A DNA stretch of 64,000 nucleotides from Acholeplasma sp. (GTDB lineage: Bacteria; Bacillota_I; Bacilli_A; Acholeplasmatales; UBA5453): assembly GCA_036677365.1 (NCBI GenBank), contig JAVBWN010000012.1, forward strand, positions 128,001 through 192,000, in the 5' to 3' direction. Each line of letters starts with the position of its first letter. The first letter of the stretch is position 1. The position numbers were made by a program, and so were the translations under genes. The notes under the pieces are model-generated. The model did not search any database. It was not told where the DNA came from and saw only the letters and a program-made list of their open reading frames with translations. This document shows positions 51,028 to 61,371 of the stretch, piece after piece.

Positions 51028-52794
51028 ATGAAAAAAGCTTGGATTGTAGTTTTAGTCTTATTATCCAGTTTGATGATTACAAGCAAAGTCTTCGCACAAA
51101 CCCATAAAATCCCTTATACCGAAGCCGATTATGCCCGCTTACACGCGGTCATTCAATACGTTGAAAACGTCTTAAAATATGGTCATGAATACAATGAAGA
51201 GACCAAACTATTGCCAGACGCCATCAACACCTTAACCGGTGAACCTGCCAGATGGACCTTTCCAAACCGCGCAGAAGTGCCTTACGCCAACTTAGCCAAC
51301 CAACAAAACTTCTTCAGAACCTTGGTGGCTTTAAGTAACGTGACAGGCAGTCCAAAATATAAAAATGAAGCGGTAGCGATGTTGGATGAATTCATGGATA
51401 ATTACCAATCACCCAATGGTTTATTCCAATGGGGCGGACATAGAGCCATCAACTTAGATACCCTCGAAGTTCAAAGTTTCGAAGGTCCGAATGGGCCGCA
51501 TGAACTTAAAAACATGATGCCTTATTATGAACTCATGTTGGAAGTCAATGAAGAAGCGACTTTGAAATTCATGAGACAATTATGGACAGCGCATTTCTAT
51601 TGGAGTTCGACCGACATGAACCGTCATGGCAGTTACTCTACCGCTTATGACGTCAATGTCTTTGGTCAAACGATTCCTGAGGATGTCATTCAGTTTGACA
51701 GCTTGGGTAATCCCATCATTCCAGCCGATTCCCCAGGGCTATTACCATTTGTCAACTCAGCGACCGATTTAGCCTACGCTGCGTTCACTTTATCCAATCA
51801 TACAGGCGACCCGATCCCAGCCGATTGGGCGAAGTATTTGATGAGACAATACAATTTAGCCAGCAACCCGATTACAGGGATGACGGTGTATCAATACAAG
51901 TCTACTTTGGTCACCAAATCCGCGATTGAATGTGCGGACCCAGCCTATACCAATTCTGGCTGTGGCGACCGTGTTGCCCGTCAGTTCAGGGATTTTGGAC
52001 CTGTCGCAAGAGAAGCCAATGTCGCTTGGAAAAATACCCAAGCGGTGTATGTGGATAATATTTTAATGTTATTAGAAGCCGCCGACAAATACGGTGTTAC
52101 TGAATTTGTCGATTGGGCAAGACAGTATATTGAAGGTTATTTAAAGTATGCGTACATTCGTGTTGATGGTAAGAATATGATCATTCCAATGTTCATTGAT
52201 GGCACCGTCACTTATGGGTATGTCGTTCCTGAGGTGGGTTATTTTGGACCATCACGTATGAGACTCGACTATGTTAGTATGCCAACGACTTATTTATTAC
52301 CCATCTTAAGAACCATCTTACAAACCAAAGAAAGTGCTGACCAAGCCGTGTTATGGTCCTATTTTAGAGACATCGTGTACACCTTTGGTTTAGGTGACAT
52401 CGGTGAACTCGGTGGCGCGAAGCCAAATCTCAACATCGATACATCGATCGATGACCCATACGCATTGATGGCGATGGTTGAATTGTATGATTACACCAAA
52501 AACCCAGCGTATTTAGAAGTAGCAAGAACGATTGGCAACAACATCGTCACCGAAAAATTCCATCGAGGATTCTTCGTCGAATCTGACATCATGTTATATA
52601 GCCGTTTAGACCAACCAGATACCTTAGCACTACTCACGCTAGACGCTGTAATCCGCGGAATTTCACTGTCCGATATGCCATTCTATTTGGCTGACAGTGG
52701 CTATATCCATGGGTACTTGTTATCCAACGATGGTGTCGTTGAAGACAGAAGTTATACACAAAATATGGTCTATACGAAGACCATATACGATTGA
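51028..52794 (+). CDS. Secreted pectate lyase family PL2
   Basis: Signal peptide, 'NLANQQNFFRTL', 'GLFQWGGH', 'HELKN.MPYYELM', 'MNRHG', 'GDRVARQF'. Confidence 0.88.
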   Translation: MKKAWIVVLVLLSSLMITSKVFAQTHKIPYTEADYARLHAVIQYVENVLKYGHEYNEETKLLPDAINTLTGEPARWTFPNRAEVPYANLANQQNFFRTLVALSNVTGSPKYKNEAVAMLDEFMDNYQSPNGLFQWGGHRAINLDTLEVQSFEGPNGPHELKNMMPYYELMLEVNEEATLKFMRQLWTAHFYWSSTDMNRHGSYSTAYDVNVFGQTIPEDVIQFDSLGNPIIPADSPGLLPFVNSATDLAYAAFTLSNHTGDPIPADWAKYLMRQYNLASNPITGMTVYQYKSTLVTKSAIECADPAYTNSGCGDRVARQFRDFGPVAREANVAWKNTQAVYVDNILMLLEAADKYGVTEFVDWARQYIEGYLKYAYIRVDGKNMIIPMFIDGTVTYGYVVPEVGYFGPSRMRLDYVSMPTTYLLPILRTILQTKESADQAVLWSYFRDIVYTFGLGDIGELGGAKPNLNIDTSIDDPYALMAMVELYDYTKNPAYLEVARTIGNNIVTEKFHRGFFVESDIMLYSRLDQPDTLALLTLDAVIRGISLSDMPFYLADSGYIHGYLLSNDGVVEDRSYTQNMVYTKTIYD

Positions 52795-52807
52795 GAGGTA
52801 ACCCCAC

Positions 52808-53269
52808 ATGAAAAAACTATTTTTAATGATCATGGTCATGGTATTTGGGTTGTCTTTGATCGGTTGTCAAGACCAAAAACCCACCAATGAAGATGTGGTT
52901 GTGGATGATACTTATATTCTATTGATGGAAGCTGAAGACTTATCTGGCATGGCATCGAAGACCAAAGTGGTCATCACTGTTGATGGCAGTTTGAATTTAC
53001 CAACCACGTATAAAGGTGTGAGTATCACCTATACATCGCGTTTACCTGAAATCATCAGCAACGAAGGTGTGGTCAGTAGACCCAACACCTGTTGGATTGA
53101 ATCGAGAGATCAACAAGGCATCCCAAGACAAGATTTGGTCGGCTTGAATGACAACTGGCCAGTGGTACTCGATGTCACACTCACATTGAATGGTCAAACC
53201 AGAACAGCGAAATTGCTGTTTGTTGTGGCCCCAAGAGAAGGTTTCACCTGCAACAATTACAAAGGTTAA
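52808..53269 (+). CDS. Small lipoprotein with atrophied bacterial Ig-like domain
   Basis: Lipobox LIGC and 'LNLPTTYKGVSITY.S...ISNEGVVSRP'. Confidence 0.7.
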   Translation: MKKLFLMIMVMVFGLSLIGCQDQKPTNEDVVVDDTYILLMEAEDLSGMASKTKVVITVDGSLNLPTTYKGVSITYTSRLPEIISNEGVVSRPNTCWIESRDQQGIPRQDLVGLNDNWPVVLDVTLTLNGQTRTAKLLFVVAPREGFTCNNYKG

Positions 53270-53285
53270 TTAAAAGGGAGGAAAT

Positions 53286-56200
53286 ATGAAAAAAATCATC
53301 AGTCTAATCGCAATCATGACCTTGGGTTTCATTTTGATGGCATGTACGACAACCAAGTACACCGTCACATTTGAATCCAATGGTGGGAGTGCTGTTACCG
53401 CAATCGAAGTTGAAAGTGGTAAAACATTCACCGCACCCGCCGTACCCACACGCAGTGGTTACGCGTTTGATGGGTGGTTCAAGGAGGCAGCCTTAACCAA
53501 CCCATGGGTATTTGAAACAGATGTCGTTACTGGCAACATCACATTGTATGCCAAATGGTCAGTCACCGATCAAGCTTATGTCGATCAAGTATTTGAATGG
53601 TTGACTTTAGGCAACATCACCGGACTCACCAACTTGTCTCCAAGATTGATTTTCCCTACCAATAGAGATGGTGTTTCCATCACGTGGTCGATTGATAAAC
53701 CAACCTACATTCAAGCCAACGGTTTAATCAATCAACCGACATTTGAAGAAGGGGATCAAACCGTTACCTTGACGGCTACTTTAACCAGAGGTAGCGTCAC
53801 CAGAACCAAAACATTTACCGCAACCGTACTCAAGTTAGCGAGCATCGAAGATACCCCTCCAATCATTGAAGAAGACTTTAAGTCCTATACCAATGGGAAT
53901 ATCCTAGGTCAAACAGGATTGTGGGCACCGGTATCAGGTAAAGCAGGAAACTCACTATTTACCGTCATTTCATCGTTAACCCCAGCGATTCCAAACGGAT
54001 CGAATGCATTAAAGATTGAAGCGTTGACAGAACTTCAAATTGAAGGGTCCATCGCGCACAGTTACGATGTCTTGGTATTTGAAGTAGACCTATTACAATC
54101 TTCTACTTCAAACGCTTCTGCCATCAACATTCAATCCTCATCATCGAGCCCAGTGGTAGCGTTTGGGTTAGACGGCGCGTCTTTATTCTATCGTACCGAT
54201 AACGGCACATTGATGAAGACCGCAATCAACATCAACCAGTGGTACACCATGCGTGTGGAAGTGGATCTTGTCAATAAGACCATAGAAGCCTTCTATTATG
54301 AAGCTGGACAACTCGTATCCTTAACCCCAGGTAAAGTATCGTATACAGGCACAACGCCATTCCAAAGCGTGTTCATCCGTAGTGGTAGTTCAACCACACT
54401 CACACTCAGAGAACCTGCCTACATCACGAACTTAGTTGTCAACCGTATTGAAGCGTTACCACGTCCGGTTGAAGTGATCAAATTAGGTCAAGTGACCGAC
54501 ATCCGTTCTACGGTCTCAATCGAAGAAGGTTCTACATTTACGCTAGATATCCCTAAAGTATATAACTACTTTGGTACACAACAACTCTTGGTTAAAGATA
54601 CCGATTATACGTTAGTGATCGATAACCCAGTGAATACAACTGTACCAGGTGATTATGTCGTCACATACACATTTACCAACAGTGCGAATGCCTCTGACAT
54701 TAAAGTGGTCACACAAAATGTCAATGTGTATTCCGCCGCTGAACCGAATGAAATCAGCAGTGTCGTTTCAACGCAAGCGGGTTACCTTGAAAAGCAATCG
54801 GATATTACCATTACCGTGGTTCAACCATCTGGTACACTTTATTATTTACTCAGCAACAATGAAACCGAAACCAAAGCTTCCATCATGGCTGGTGTATCGC
54901 AAGTGATCACCGCACAAAGCATTCTATTGGATGATTTGAATGTAGCATCGTTTGCTTACATCCATGTCTTTGTCGATTTGAATGGCGATTCGAATATCGT
55001 AAGCCATATGATTTTAAGAGAAGCCGTCACTGAAATCACATCGGTGTCTCAATTCGTTTCGATTTTCTCAACCACAGCCGCCGATATTACAACCAGTTAC
55101 GCACTTAGGACAGATATCGATTTAACTGGCATTGTATGGGCTGATGGCAATACATCCTTTAAAGCTAAATTTTATGGTAATGGACATGTCATTTCTAATT
55201 TATCCATGACCAAGACAGGCACCAACTATGGTGGTTTATTTGCGAGAATCAATGGTGGTATGGTCAGAGACCTCGTCTTAGACAACATCCACGTGACCTC
55301 AGCAGACCGTGGTGGTATTTTGGTCGGTCGTGTTGAAAATGGGAACTCATCCATTACAAACGTCGTCATCATGAATTCATCCATCACCGCAGCAAATTCA
55401 AACGGTGTGGGTGGACTCATCGGTTTAGTTTCCAGAGAAACGATTTTAAGCAATATTACCTTATTAGACTCTGATGTCATCGCAACCGGTGTTAAAAACG
55501 TCGGTGGCGTGGTTGGTAGAGTTGATGGTGCCGCGTTGATTGCTTCTGATATTTATGTTCGCGGTGTCATGGTGAAATCCAATGTCATCGATGCCTTAGA
55601 CATCGCAGCCGGTGCCTTTGTCGGTTATGTCAGAGACTCCGTCGCTTCTGTAGTTACAGCAAACCGTATCGTCATCATCGATACTGTGGTGGACGCTCAA
55701 ATCGCTGGTGGGTTCATCGGTTATTTACGTAACCCTGGTTCCGCAACCGCTCAAAACGTGTACTTGGATGTCGATTTCATCCATCCAACTAAAGTCGCTG
55801 CTGGTTTAGTCGGTAGAGTCAACAACGAAACCGATAAACTCAATACCACCAGTATCTTTGGTGTACTCACCGGTTCAGTCGAACACGTTCAAGCACAAGC
55901 ATTCGTGAACACCACAGTGCCAACAAACTTGGCATGGTGGACTACCAATTTACCAGTATTTACCACCAATGAATTATGGACACTCGATAGCAATCAAATC
56001 TTCGCACTCGATAACTATATTGAAAACAGTGCACCGATGTTGGCTGTTGACTTGGTCTATAACATCACGCTAGATAACGAACAAATTCAAATTCGTCAAG
56101 GTGGAGCCTTTGAACATATTGCCCCTCACGTCGGTGGTTATCAGTTTGTGGGCTGGTTCCTAGATCAAGCGTTGACCCAAGCATTACCAGAAGGGTATGT

Positions 56201-57644
56201 GGTTTCTGCTGCAGTTACCCTATATGGAAAATACGAAACCGTACCTGCTTCACAAGTCACCTTCGTGACGAATGTCGAAGGATTAACTGTCCCGATGCAA
56301 GAAGTGAACTATGGTCAACTCGCCACCTTACCTGTGGTTGCCAATCAAATGATTGAGGGTGTGTTAAAAGAAGTGGTTGGTTGGACATTGAATGGTCAAC
56401 CATTTGACTTCTCAACCCCAATTTTAGGTAACACGGAATTGGTTGCAGTATGGTCTACGGTTGAAATGACTGTCACATTCAATGGTGGAAACGCCGTGAC
56501 TGTTTTATACGGTGAACTTGTCGCAGCACCATCTGAAAACCCAACACACTATTTCGAAGAAGTTACCTTCAAAGAATGGCAACTTTCAGGGGTAGCCTTT
56601 GATTTCAATACCCCAATTACTGCAAACATCAACCTGGTAGGTACATTCAATACACCTGCATCGATTTCAATAGATACGGTAGAAGAGTTCCATTATATGG
56701 CAACCGTTGAATCCACCTACAATTATGTTTTATCCACGAATTTGGATTTCGCAGCATTCACTTGGACATACGTCAATACATCCTTTAAAGGTACATTCGA
56801 TGGCCAAGGACATACCATCTCGAATATTTCAATGACCGGTTTAACTGGTTATGCAGGCGTATTCCCTAGAGCCAATGGCGCAACCATTTCAAACTTAGTA
56901 CTAGACAACATCACCATCGCGACCACCGCACGTGCCGGTGTCTTGGTGGGTAGAATTGAAAACAACGGTTCCACCATTGAAAACATCGTTGTTAAAAATT
57001 CAAGTGTATCTGGTGCAGACTCCAATGGTGTCGGTGGTTTGGTCGGTCAAATTTCCAAATCATCCAATATTTTCAATGTCGCAGTCATCAACACCAACGT
57101 CACCAATAATGTGGTGAACGTGGGTGGTTTGGTGGGTAGAATCGATGGTGGCGCACTCGTCATCGCTGATGATATCTTCATTTCAAATGTCACGGTTAAA
57201 TCCAACAGTGCCAACACCTCAGACGTCGCCGCTTCCGCACTTGTTGGCTATATCGCCAACGTCGCTGATTCCGTATTCTCTGGTGTACGTATTGTCGTTT
57301 TAGATACCACAGTGGATGGCAATGTCGCGGCTGCATTCGTCGGTTATAACCGCTATCCAGGTACCGCTAACTTGATGGATGCTTACTTTGAAGTGACATT
57401 TGTCAACAACGAACGTTCCGGTTTAATCGGATACAACCGTGATCAAGTGACACCACTCGATCAATCCAGTATTTTTGGTAGCTTCACCAACGATACCCCG
57501 CATTCAAACGCACTCGCATTAACCAACAGTGCAGTACCTGCGGACGCCGCTTGGTGGACAACCAATCTCAACAATATCGCGACCTCATCCTTATGGGTCA
57601 TCAACCCAGATGGTTCAGCAACCCTCGCATTATTGGTAGATTAA
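53286..57644 (+). CDS. Giant surface lipoprotein (InlB-B repeats, Ig, ConA-like domain, two GLUG/beta-helix regions)
   Basis: Lipobox LMAC. Duplicated 'F.G.F.GNGH.ISN.SM...GGL.G' regions and InlB-B 'F.GW...LY.KW'. Confidence 0.78.
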   Translation: MKKIISLIAIMTLGFILMACTTTKYTVTFESNGGSAVTAIEVESGKTFTAPAVPTRSGYAFDGWFKEAALTNPWVFETDVVTGNITLYAKWSVTDQAYVDQVFEWLTLGNITGLTNLSPRLIFPTNRDGVSITWSIDKPTYIQANGLINQPTFEEGDQTVTLTATLTRGSVTRTKTFTATVLKLASIEDTPPIIEEDFKSYTNGNILGQTGLWAPVSGKAGNSLFTVISSLTPAIPNGSNALKIEALTELQIEGSIAHSYDVLVFEVDLLQSSTSNASAINIQSSSSSPVVAFGLDGASLFYRTDNGTLMKTAININQWYTMRVEVDLVNKTIEAFYYEAGQLVSLTPGKVSYTGTTPFQSVFIRSGSSTTLTLREPAYITNLVVNRIEALPRPVEVIKLGQVTDIRSTVSIEEGSTFTLDIPKVYNYFGTQQLLVKDTDYTLVIDNPVNTTVPGDYVVTYTFTNSANASDIKVVTQNVNVYSAAEPNEISSVVSTQAGYLEKQSDITITVVQPSGTLYYLLSNNETETKASIMAGVSQVITAQSILLDDLNVASFAYIHVFVDLNGDSNIVSHMILREAVTEITSVSQFVSIFSTTAADITTSYALRTDIDLTGIVWADGNTSFKAKFYGNGHVISNLSMTKTGTNYGGLFARINGGMVRDLVLDNIHVTSADRGGILVGRVENGNSSITNVVIMNSSITAANSNGVGGLIGLVSRETILSNITLLDSDVIATGVKNVGGVVGRVDGAALIASDIYVRGVMVKSNVIDALDIAAGAFVGYVRDSVASVVTANRIVIIDTVVDAQIAGGFIGYLRNPGSATAQNVYLDVDFIHPTKVAAGLVGRVNNETDKLNTTSIFGVLTGSVEHVQAQAFVNTTVPTNLAWWTTNLPVFTTNELWTLDSNQIFALDNYIENSAPMLAVDLVYNITLDNEQIQIRQGGAFEHIAPHVGGYQFVGWFLDQALTQALPEGYVVSAAVTLYGKYETVPASQVTFVTNVEGLTVPMQEVNYGQLATLPVVANQMIEGVLKEVVGWTLNGQPFDFSTPILGNTELVAVWSTVEMTVTFNGGNAVTVLYGELVAAPSENPTHYFEEVTFKEWQLSGVAFDFNTPITANINLVGTFNTPASISIDTVEEFHYMATVESTYNYVLSTNLDFAAFTWTYVNTSFKGTFDGQGHTISNISMTGLTGYAGVFPRANGATISNLVLDNITIATTARAGVLVGRIENNGSTIENIVVKNSSVSGADSNGVGGLVGQISKSSNIFNVAVINTNVTNNVVNVGGLVGRIDGGALVIADDIFISNVTVKSNSANTSDVAASALVGYIANVADSVFSGVRIVVLDTTVDGNVAAAFVGYNRYPGTANLMDAYFEVTFVNNERSGLIGYNRDQVTPLDQSSIFGSFTNDTPHSNALALTNSAVPADAAWWTTNLNNIATSSLWVINPDGSATLALLVD

Positions 57645-57662
57645 TCAAATATTAATAGTCAT

Positions 57663-57706
57663 AAAACCCTTGAAATGGATCATCCAAATCAAGGGTTTTC
57701 TTTTTT
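57663..57706 (+). terminator. Intrinsic terminator
   Basis: AAAACCCTTGA...TCAAGGGTTTT followed by a T tract. Confidence 0.8.
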
Positions 57707-57758
57707 ATATTTAATTAAAAAATTACTTGATGTATAATGTTAATGATGGAGGTACGCT

Positions 57759-58112
57759 ATGAAAAAATATGATTACCTATTTGGCTATTACGGCAGTGTA
57801 GGATTGTTGATTGCTTTGAATAATAACTTTTGGTACACGATTGGTAAAATAGGTCATTGGATGGACAATGGGGTATCGTTATTATTCATCTACCTTTTGA
57901 TTTCAATTTGGATCACCAGATCACAATATAAAAATGGCTATTTTGAACGAAAAAACGCCTTCAAAACGGCTTTATGGTTTGGTATACCTGCCATAGCATT
58001 ATTGATTATGACGATCATCAGTGGTTTTGATATCCTCAGTTTTGGATTTTATTTCATGGGGGCTTTGTTTTTACTTGCGATTAATTATCTAATTGCTGGA
58101 TTACTTAAGTAG
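57759..58112 (+). CDS. Small 4-TM membrane protein (paralogue 1)
   Basis: GGAGG RBS. Similar to the next two ORFs. Confidence 0.75.
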   Translation: MKKYDYLFGYYGSVGLLIALNNNFWYTIGKIGHWMDNGVSLLFIYLLISIWITRSQYKNGYFERKNAFKTALWFGIPAIALLIMTIISGFDILSFGFYFMGALFLLAINYLIAGLLK

Positions 58113-58122
58113 AGGTGCATCT

Positions 58123-58476
58123 ATGAAAAAAATACTGTTTCAAACCGGCTATTATATATCGCTTGTCATGACGATGGTTTTGTATACCCAATATTGGTTT
58201 TATGTAGGTAAATTTGGTCAATGGTTGTTTGACGCTTCATTGTTTCTCATCGCCTATATGATGGTTTCGGTGTTGCTTACAAGAAAAAATCATCTAGAAA
58301 AGAAATACGATAAACAAACTGCCACAAATTTATCTTTATTGTTTGGGATACCCATGGTATTTTTCGTATTCATTTGGTTACAAACCGGCACATTATTGGC
58401 AAGTTATACATTCCTCTACATCTTGGGGTTAGGCATCCTGAATATCATTTATTTGGTTGCGAGTGCTATAAAATAA
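58123..58476 (+). CDS. Small 4-TM membrane protein (paralogue 2)
   Basis: GAGGTG RBS. 'GYY...WFYVGKFGQW...LFGIP' aligns with paralogue 1. Confidence 0.75.
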   Translation: MKKILFQTGYYISLVMTMVLYTQYWFYVGKFGQWLFDASLFLIAYMMVSVLLTRKNHLEKKYDKQTATNLSLLFGIPMVFFVFIWLQTGTLLASYTFLYILGLGILNIIYLVASAIK

Positions 58477-58487
58477 AAAGGTATAAC

Positions 58488-58877
58488 ATGAGAAAAAAAT
58501 TATTCAAGTTAGGCTTTATACTATCATTATCACTATCCATCGCTATATTCGTACATCATTAGATCATTTATTTCATCACAGAACGACACAACCATTTCAT
58601 CGGTAGTATTTTATTACTTGTCGTTACTGGAATCAACGCCTTGATGGGTCATTATGAGATTAAGGAAAACAGCTATGATACAGCTGTCGCCATTAAAATC
58701 GCTTTATTATACATTCCGCCCATCGGTGTACTCATATTTATATGGTATTGGTTGGCGCAAACAGGCACAATCTTCTATTACACCTATACGTTTGTGATGT
58801 TTATTACAATCTTGATCTATACGATTGCTGCAGTATTACCACAAGCCAATCCAAAGAAAAAATCCCTACATCGATAG
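58488..58877 (+). pseudogene. Third membrane paralogue interrupted by an in-frame TAG (58560-58562)
   Basis: The frame from ATG 58488 continues open after the TAG into the 58641-58877 ORF. The TAG falls where paralogues 1 and 2 have Trp. Confidence 0.75.
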
Positions 58878-58903
58878 GGATTTTCTCTTATTCAAGGGTG
58901 ATA

Positions 58904-60958
58904 TTATCTAAATTGGATGAGGTATACAGCGGTATTCGCTAAAGCAACCAAGGTGAAGAATGCGGTTGTGAAGAATACGGATGCCCAAACGTTACCAGTC
59001 TTTTCATTGAAACGACGGATGACAATACCAGCCACGGTTAATGTAGGCACGATACCAACCAATAGGATAGAAGACAATGAGAAGGTTGGGAATGCGGCTA
59101 CGCCAGTGTTGTATAACACGAAGTATTGATAAACCAAGAAGAATAATACCGGACCAACCAATAAGAATGCAGCGAGTACATCGGCTTTCCAAGCTTTCAT
59201 ACCCTTGGTATTGACGAAGATTGTGATAGCAGATGCCAAGTAATAAATGAAGAATAATGGCATATATCTGAGTGCTGCAACAAATTGTTGGCTATTGAAA
59301 ATCTTAATCGCGTAAGCGTATAGTCTAAAGTCTGTTAAGAAAATCCATTCCATCAATCCAACGACTAAGAATAAACCTAATGCCAATACGATGGCTGTTA
59401 ATAAGGAAGCGCCGACTTGAATCCAAGAAGCTTTCAAACCATAAGGGTTTTCCACATTAAGACCTGCATTGAATACTGGGGTTGTACCAAATACGATTAA
59501 GAAAGTTAAACCAGCCGCAGCCACTGCCCAATACGCGATGGTATTGATCGAAGGCGCACTCCAATAGGTTGCTTTGGTAATGATGGTTGGGTTTAATAAG
59601 AACCAACGGAATGCTAAAGCAACGAAAATCACGATTGCTGCACCTAAAGTCACCTTTTGTGCCACTTTAACGGATTCTGGTTTAGCCATAGACATCAACC
59701 AAGCACCGATGATCACAACGAATGTACCACCAACGATGTAATGCATGGTCTTCGCCAATAAGCCAAGACCTGCCACTTGACGGTCCATGAAAATATTAAG
59801 ATAGAAAGCACCGAGTAATGCTGCCAACAAGACCACGATGAACTTCAAAGCCTTCAAGTTATGGTTCAATTCAACTTGAGGTTGAGCTTTGATTTCTGCA
59901 TAGACTTTATTGAATACTTTCACTTGAGTGAGTAATAGGAACGCTGGGCAAATCATTAAGAATAAAGCGACTAAGGAAATCGATGTGAAGACTTCTTTTA
60001 ACCACCATACTTGACCCGTCTTGATTTCAATGCCGTAAGAGGTTAATGAACCCAAATCAGCATGTTGTCCAAGTTGGAATGCGAAGGCATCGTTGAAGAA
60101 ATCAACCATGTTTTCACCAGTCTTCAATGACCAGTGGTTTTGAGGGTGGGTTTCATCTGGTGTATAAATGATTCTTTGTCCGCCGTCTCTGTCATACCAA
60201 ACAGACGCTTCAGCATTGCCTTCATCGTCTCTACCTAAGAATTTCAAACCGACAGGGTCTTTCACGAAATCTTTGTAACGAACAGAACCGTTAGCGGATG
60301 CTGTAACGTTATCAAAGAAGAATTGGTCCCAATGCGCAGCGATGACACCGGCAGAACGTGGGCCAAAATAAGTTTCAGGGTTAGCGACACCAATGTATCT
60401 AAAGTCTGCACCGACAGGTAGTGCAGCAGCAATCTTACGATAACCATTGGTTGCGAAATCTATTTCATCAAATACGACGGCGTAAGTGGATGAGAAACCA
60501 CCCATGGAGTGACCGCTAACGCCGATCATACCATCCCCGTTAGCTGCCTTTAAAACATAATCTTGATCATACATGTATTGAACTGCATCGTATACGGATC
60601 TTGGGAAGAAGCTGAATGCAGCAGGGGTTTCCCAAGTCGAATCACCATGGTCATACATATCAAAAGCAAGGACAACAAAACCTCTTCTGGATAATTCAAT
60701 CGCACCGATCATTTGCATTTCGGCGTTATTGAGGTACCCGTGTGTGAGAACAACCGCAGGTGCTGGGTTATTTGCATCTACACCTCTAGGTATGTATAGA
60801 TAACCCGATAACGTACCGCGTTCGGTTTCAAAACTGATCTTGTCAACTTTGACTGAGAAGAATGAGTTTTGAACCGTTGAAGCGAAAAAGCTTGATACCA
60901 ATACGACGAGTAAAAGTATCACCAACCATTTGGTCGGCTTAGACATTTTTTGTAACAT
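58904..60958 (-). CDS. Membrane-bound alpha/beta hydrolase (esterase/lipase-like) with multi-TM C-terminus
   Basis: 'LTHGY', nucleophile elbow GHSMGG, N-terminal anchor and about nine C-terminal transmembrane helices. Confidence 0.85.
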   Translation of the reverse strand: MLQKMSKPTKWLVILLLVVLVSSFFASTVQNSFFSVKVDKISFETERGTLSGYLYIPRGVDANNPAPAVVLTHGYLNNAEMQMIGAIELSRRGFVVLAFDMYDHGDSTWETPAAFSFFPRSVYDAVQYMYDQDYVLKAANGDGMIGVSGHSMGGFSSTYAVVFDEIDFATNGYRKIAAALPVGADFRYIGVANPETYFGPRSAGVIAAHWDQFFFDNVTASANGSVRYKDFVKDPVGLKFLGRDDEGNAEASVWYDRDGGQRIIYTPDETHPQNHWSLKTGENMVDFFNDAFAFQLGQHADLGSLTSYGIEIKTGQVWWLKEVFTSISLVALFLMICPAFLLLTQVKVFNKVYAEIKAQPQVELNHNLKALKFIVVLLAALLGAFYLNIFMDRQVAGLGLLAKTMHYIVGGTFVVIIGAWLMSMAKPESVKVAQKVTLGAAIVIFVALAFRWFLLNPTIITKATYWSAPSINTIAYWAVAAAGLTFLIVFGTTPVFNAGLNVENPYGLKASWIQVGASLLTAIVLALGLFLVVGLMEWIFLTDFRLYAYAIKIFNSQQFVAALRYMPLFFIYYLASAITIFVNTKGMKAWKADVLAAFLLVGPVLFFLVYQYFVLYNTGVAAFPTFSLSSILLVGIVPTLTVAGIVIRRFNEKTGNVWASVFFTTAFFTLVALANTAVYLIQFR

Positions 60959-61002
60959 CTTTTCTCTCCCTTTTCTGTTTGATTTTTGTAATTTCAGCCC
61001 CT

Positions 61003-61128
61003 ATAAAAATATAAAAAGAACGACACCTATAAAATCACTTTCGTGAAATATGGCCTCCGCTCTTGGTCTCTAAGCGCTTACATTACGTTGTCAAAGAAAT
61101 TATAACACCGAGCCATGAACACTGTCAA
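61003..61128 (-). promoter_or_regulatory. Promoter, cre-like site and GlpP-type leader terminator of the hydrolase gene
   Basis: TTGACA-18-TATAAT (61128-61099), TGTAAGCGCTTA, then AGAGACCAAGAG entering an imperfect hairpin with a U tract. Confidence 0.6.
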
Positions 61129-61235
61129 TACGTGAAATGCGGATTGTGTTTGAATATAAAAGGAATAAAGGAAATCCCCTAATAAGGGGAAAAAGTGTGT
61201 ATTTTCCGATTGTATCAAAAGTCTTGTGATAAGCC

Positions 61236-61350
61236 TTGACAGTCATGCCTTCAAACATTATAATTAAAGTAGAATTTAAGAGCGCAAGAGTTGAGAGCAA
61301 AGTCATATAAAATGCATATTTTAGAGCGTTTTGATTTTGCTATTTATTTT
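61236..61350 (+). promoter_or_regulatory. glpP promoter and leader terminator
   Basis: TTGACA-17-TATAAT (61236-61264), AGAGCGCAAGAG, then AGCAAAGTCA...TGATTTTGCT and a T-rich tail. Confidence 0.65.
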
Positions 61351-61371
61351 CTATAAGGGTGTGATTTTCAT

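Noticed and set aside
58560..58562. Programmed amber read-through or alternative genetic code
   Set aside because: TAG is a normal stop for other genes in the window (e.g. 2558, 10467, 48370). A point mutation is the simpler explanation.
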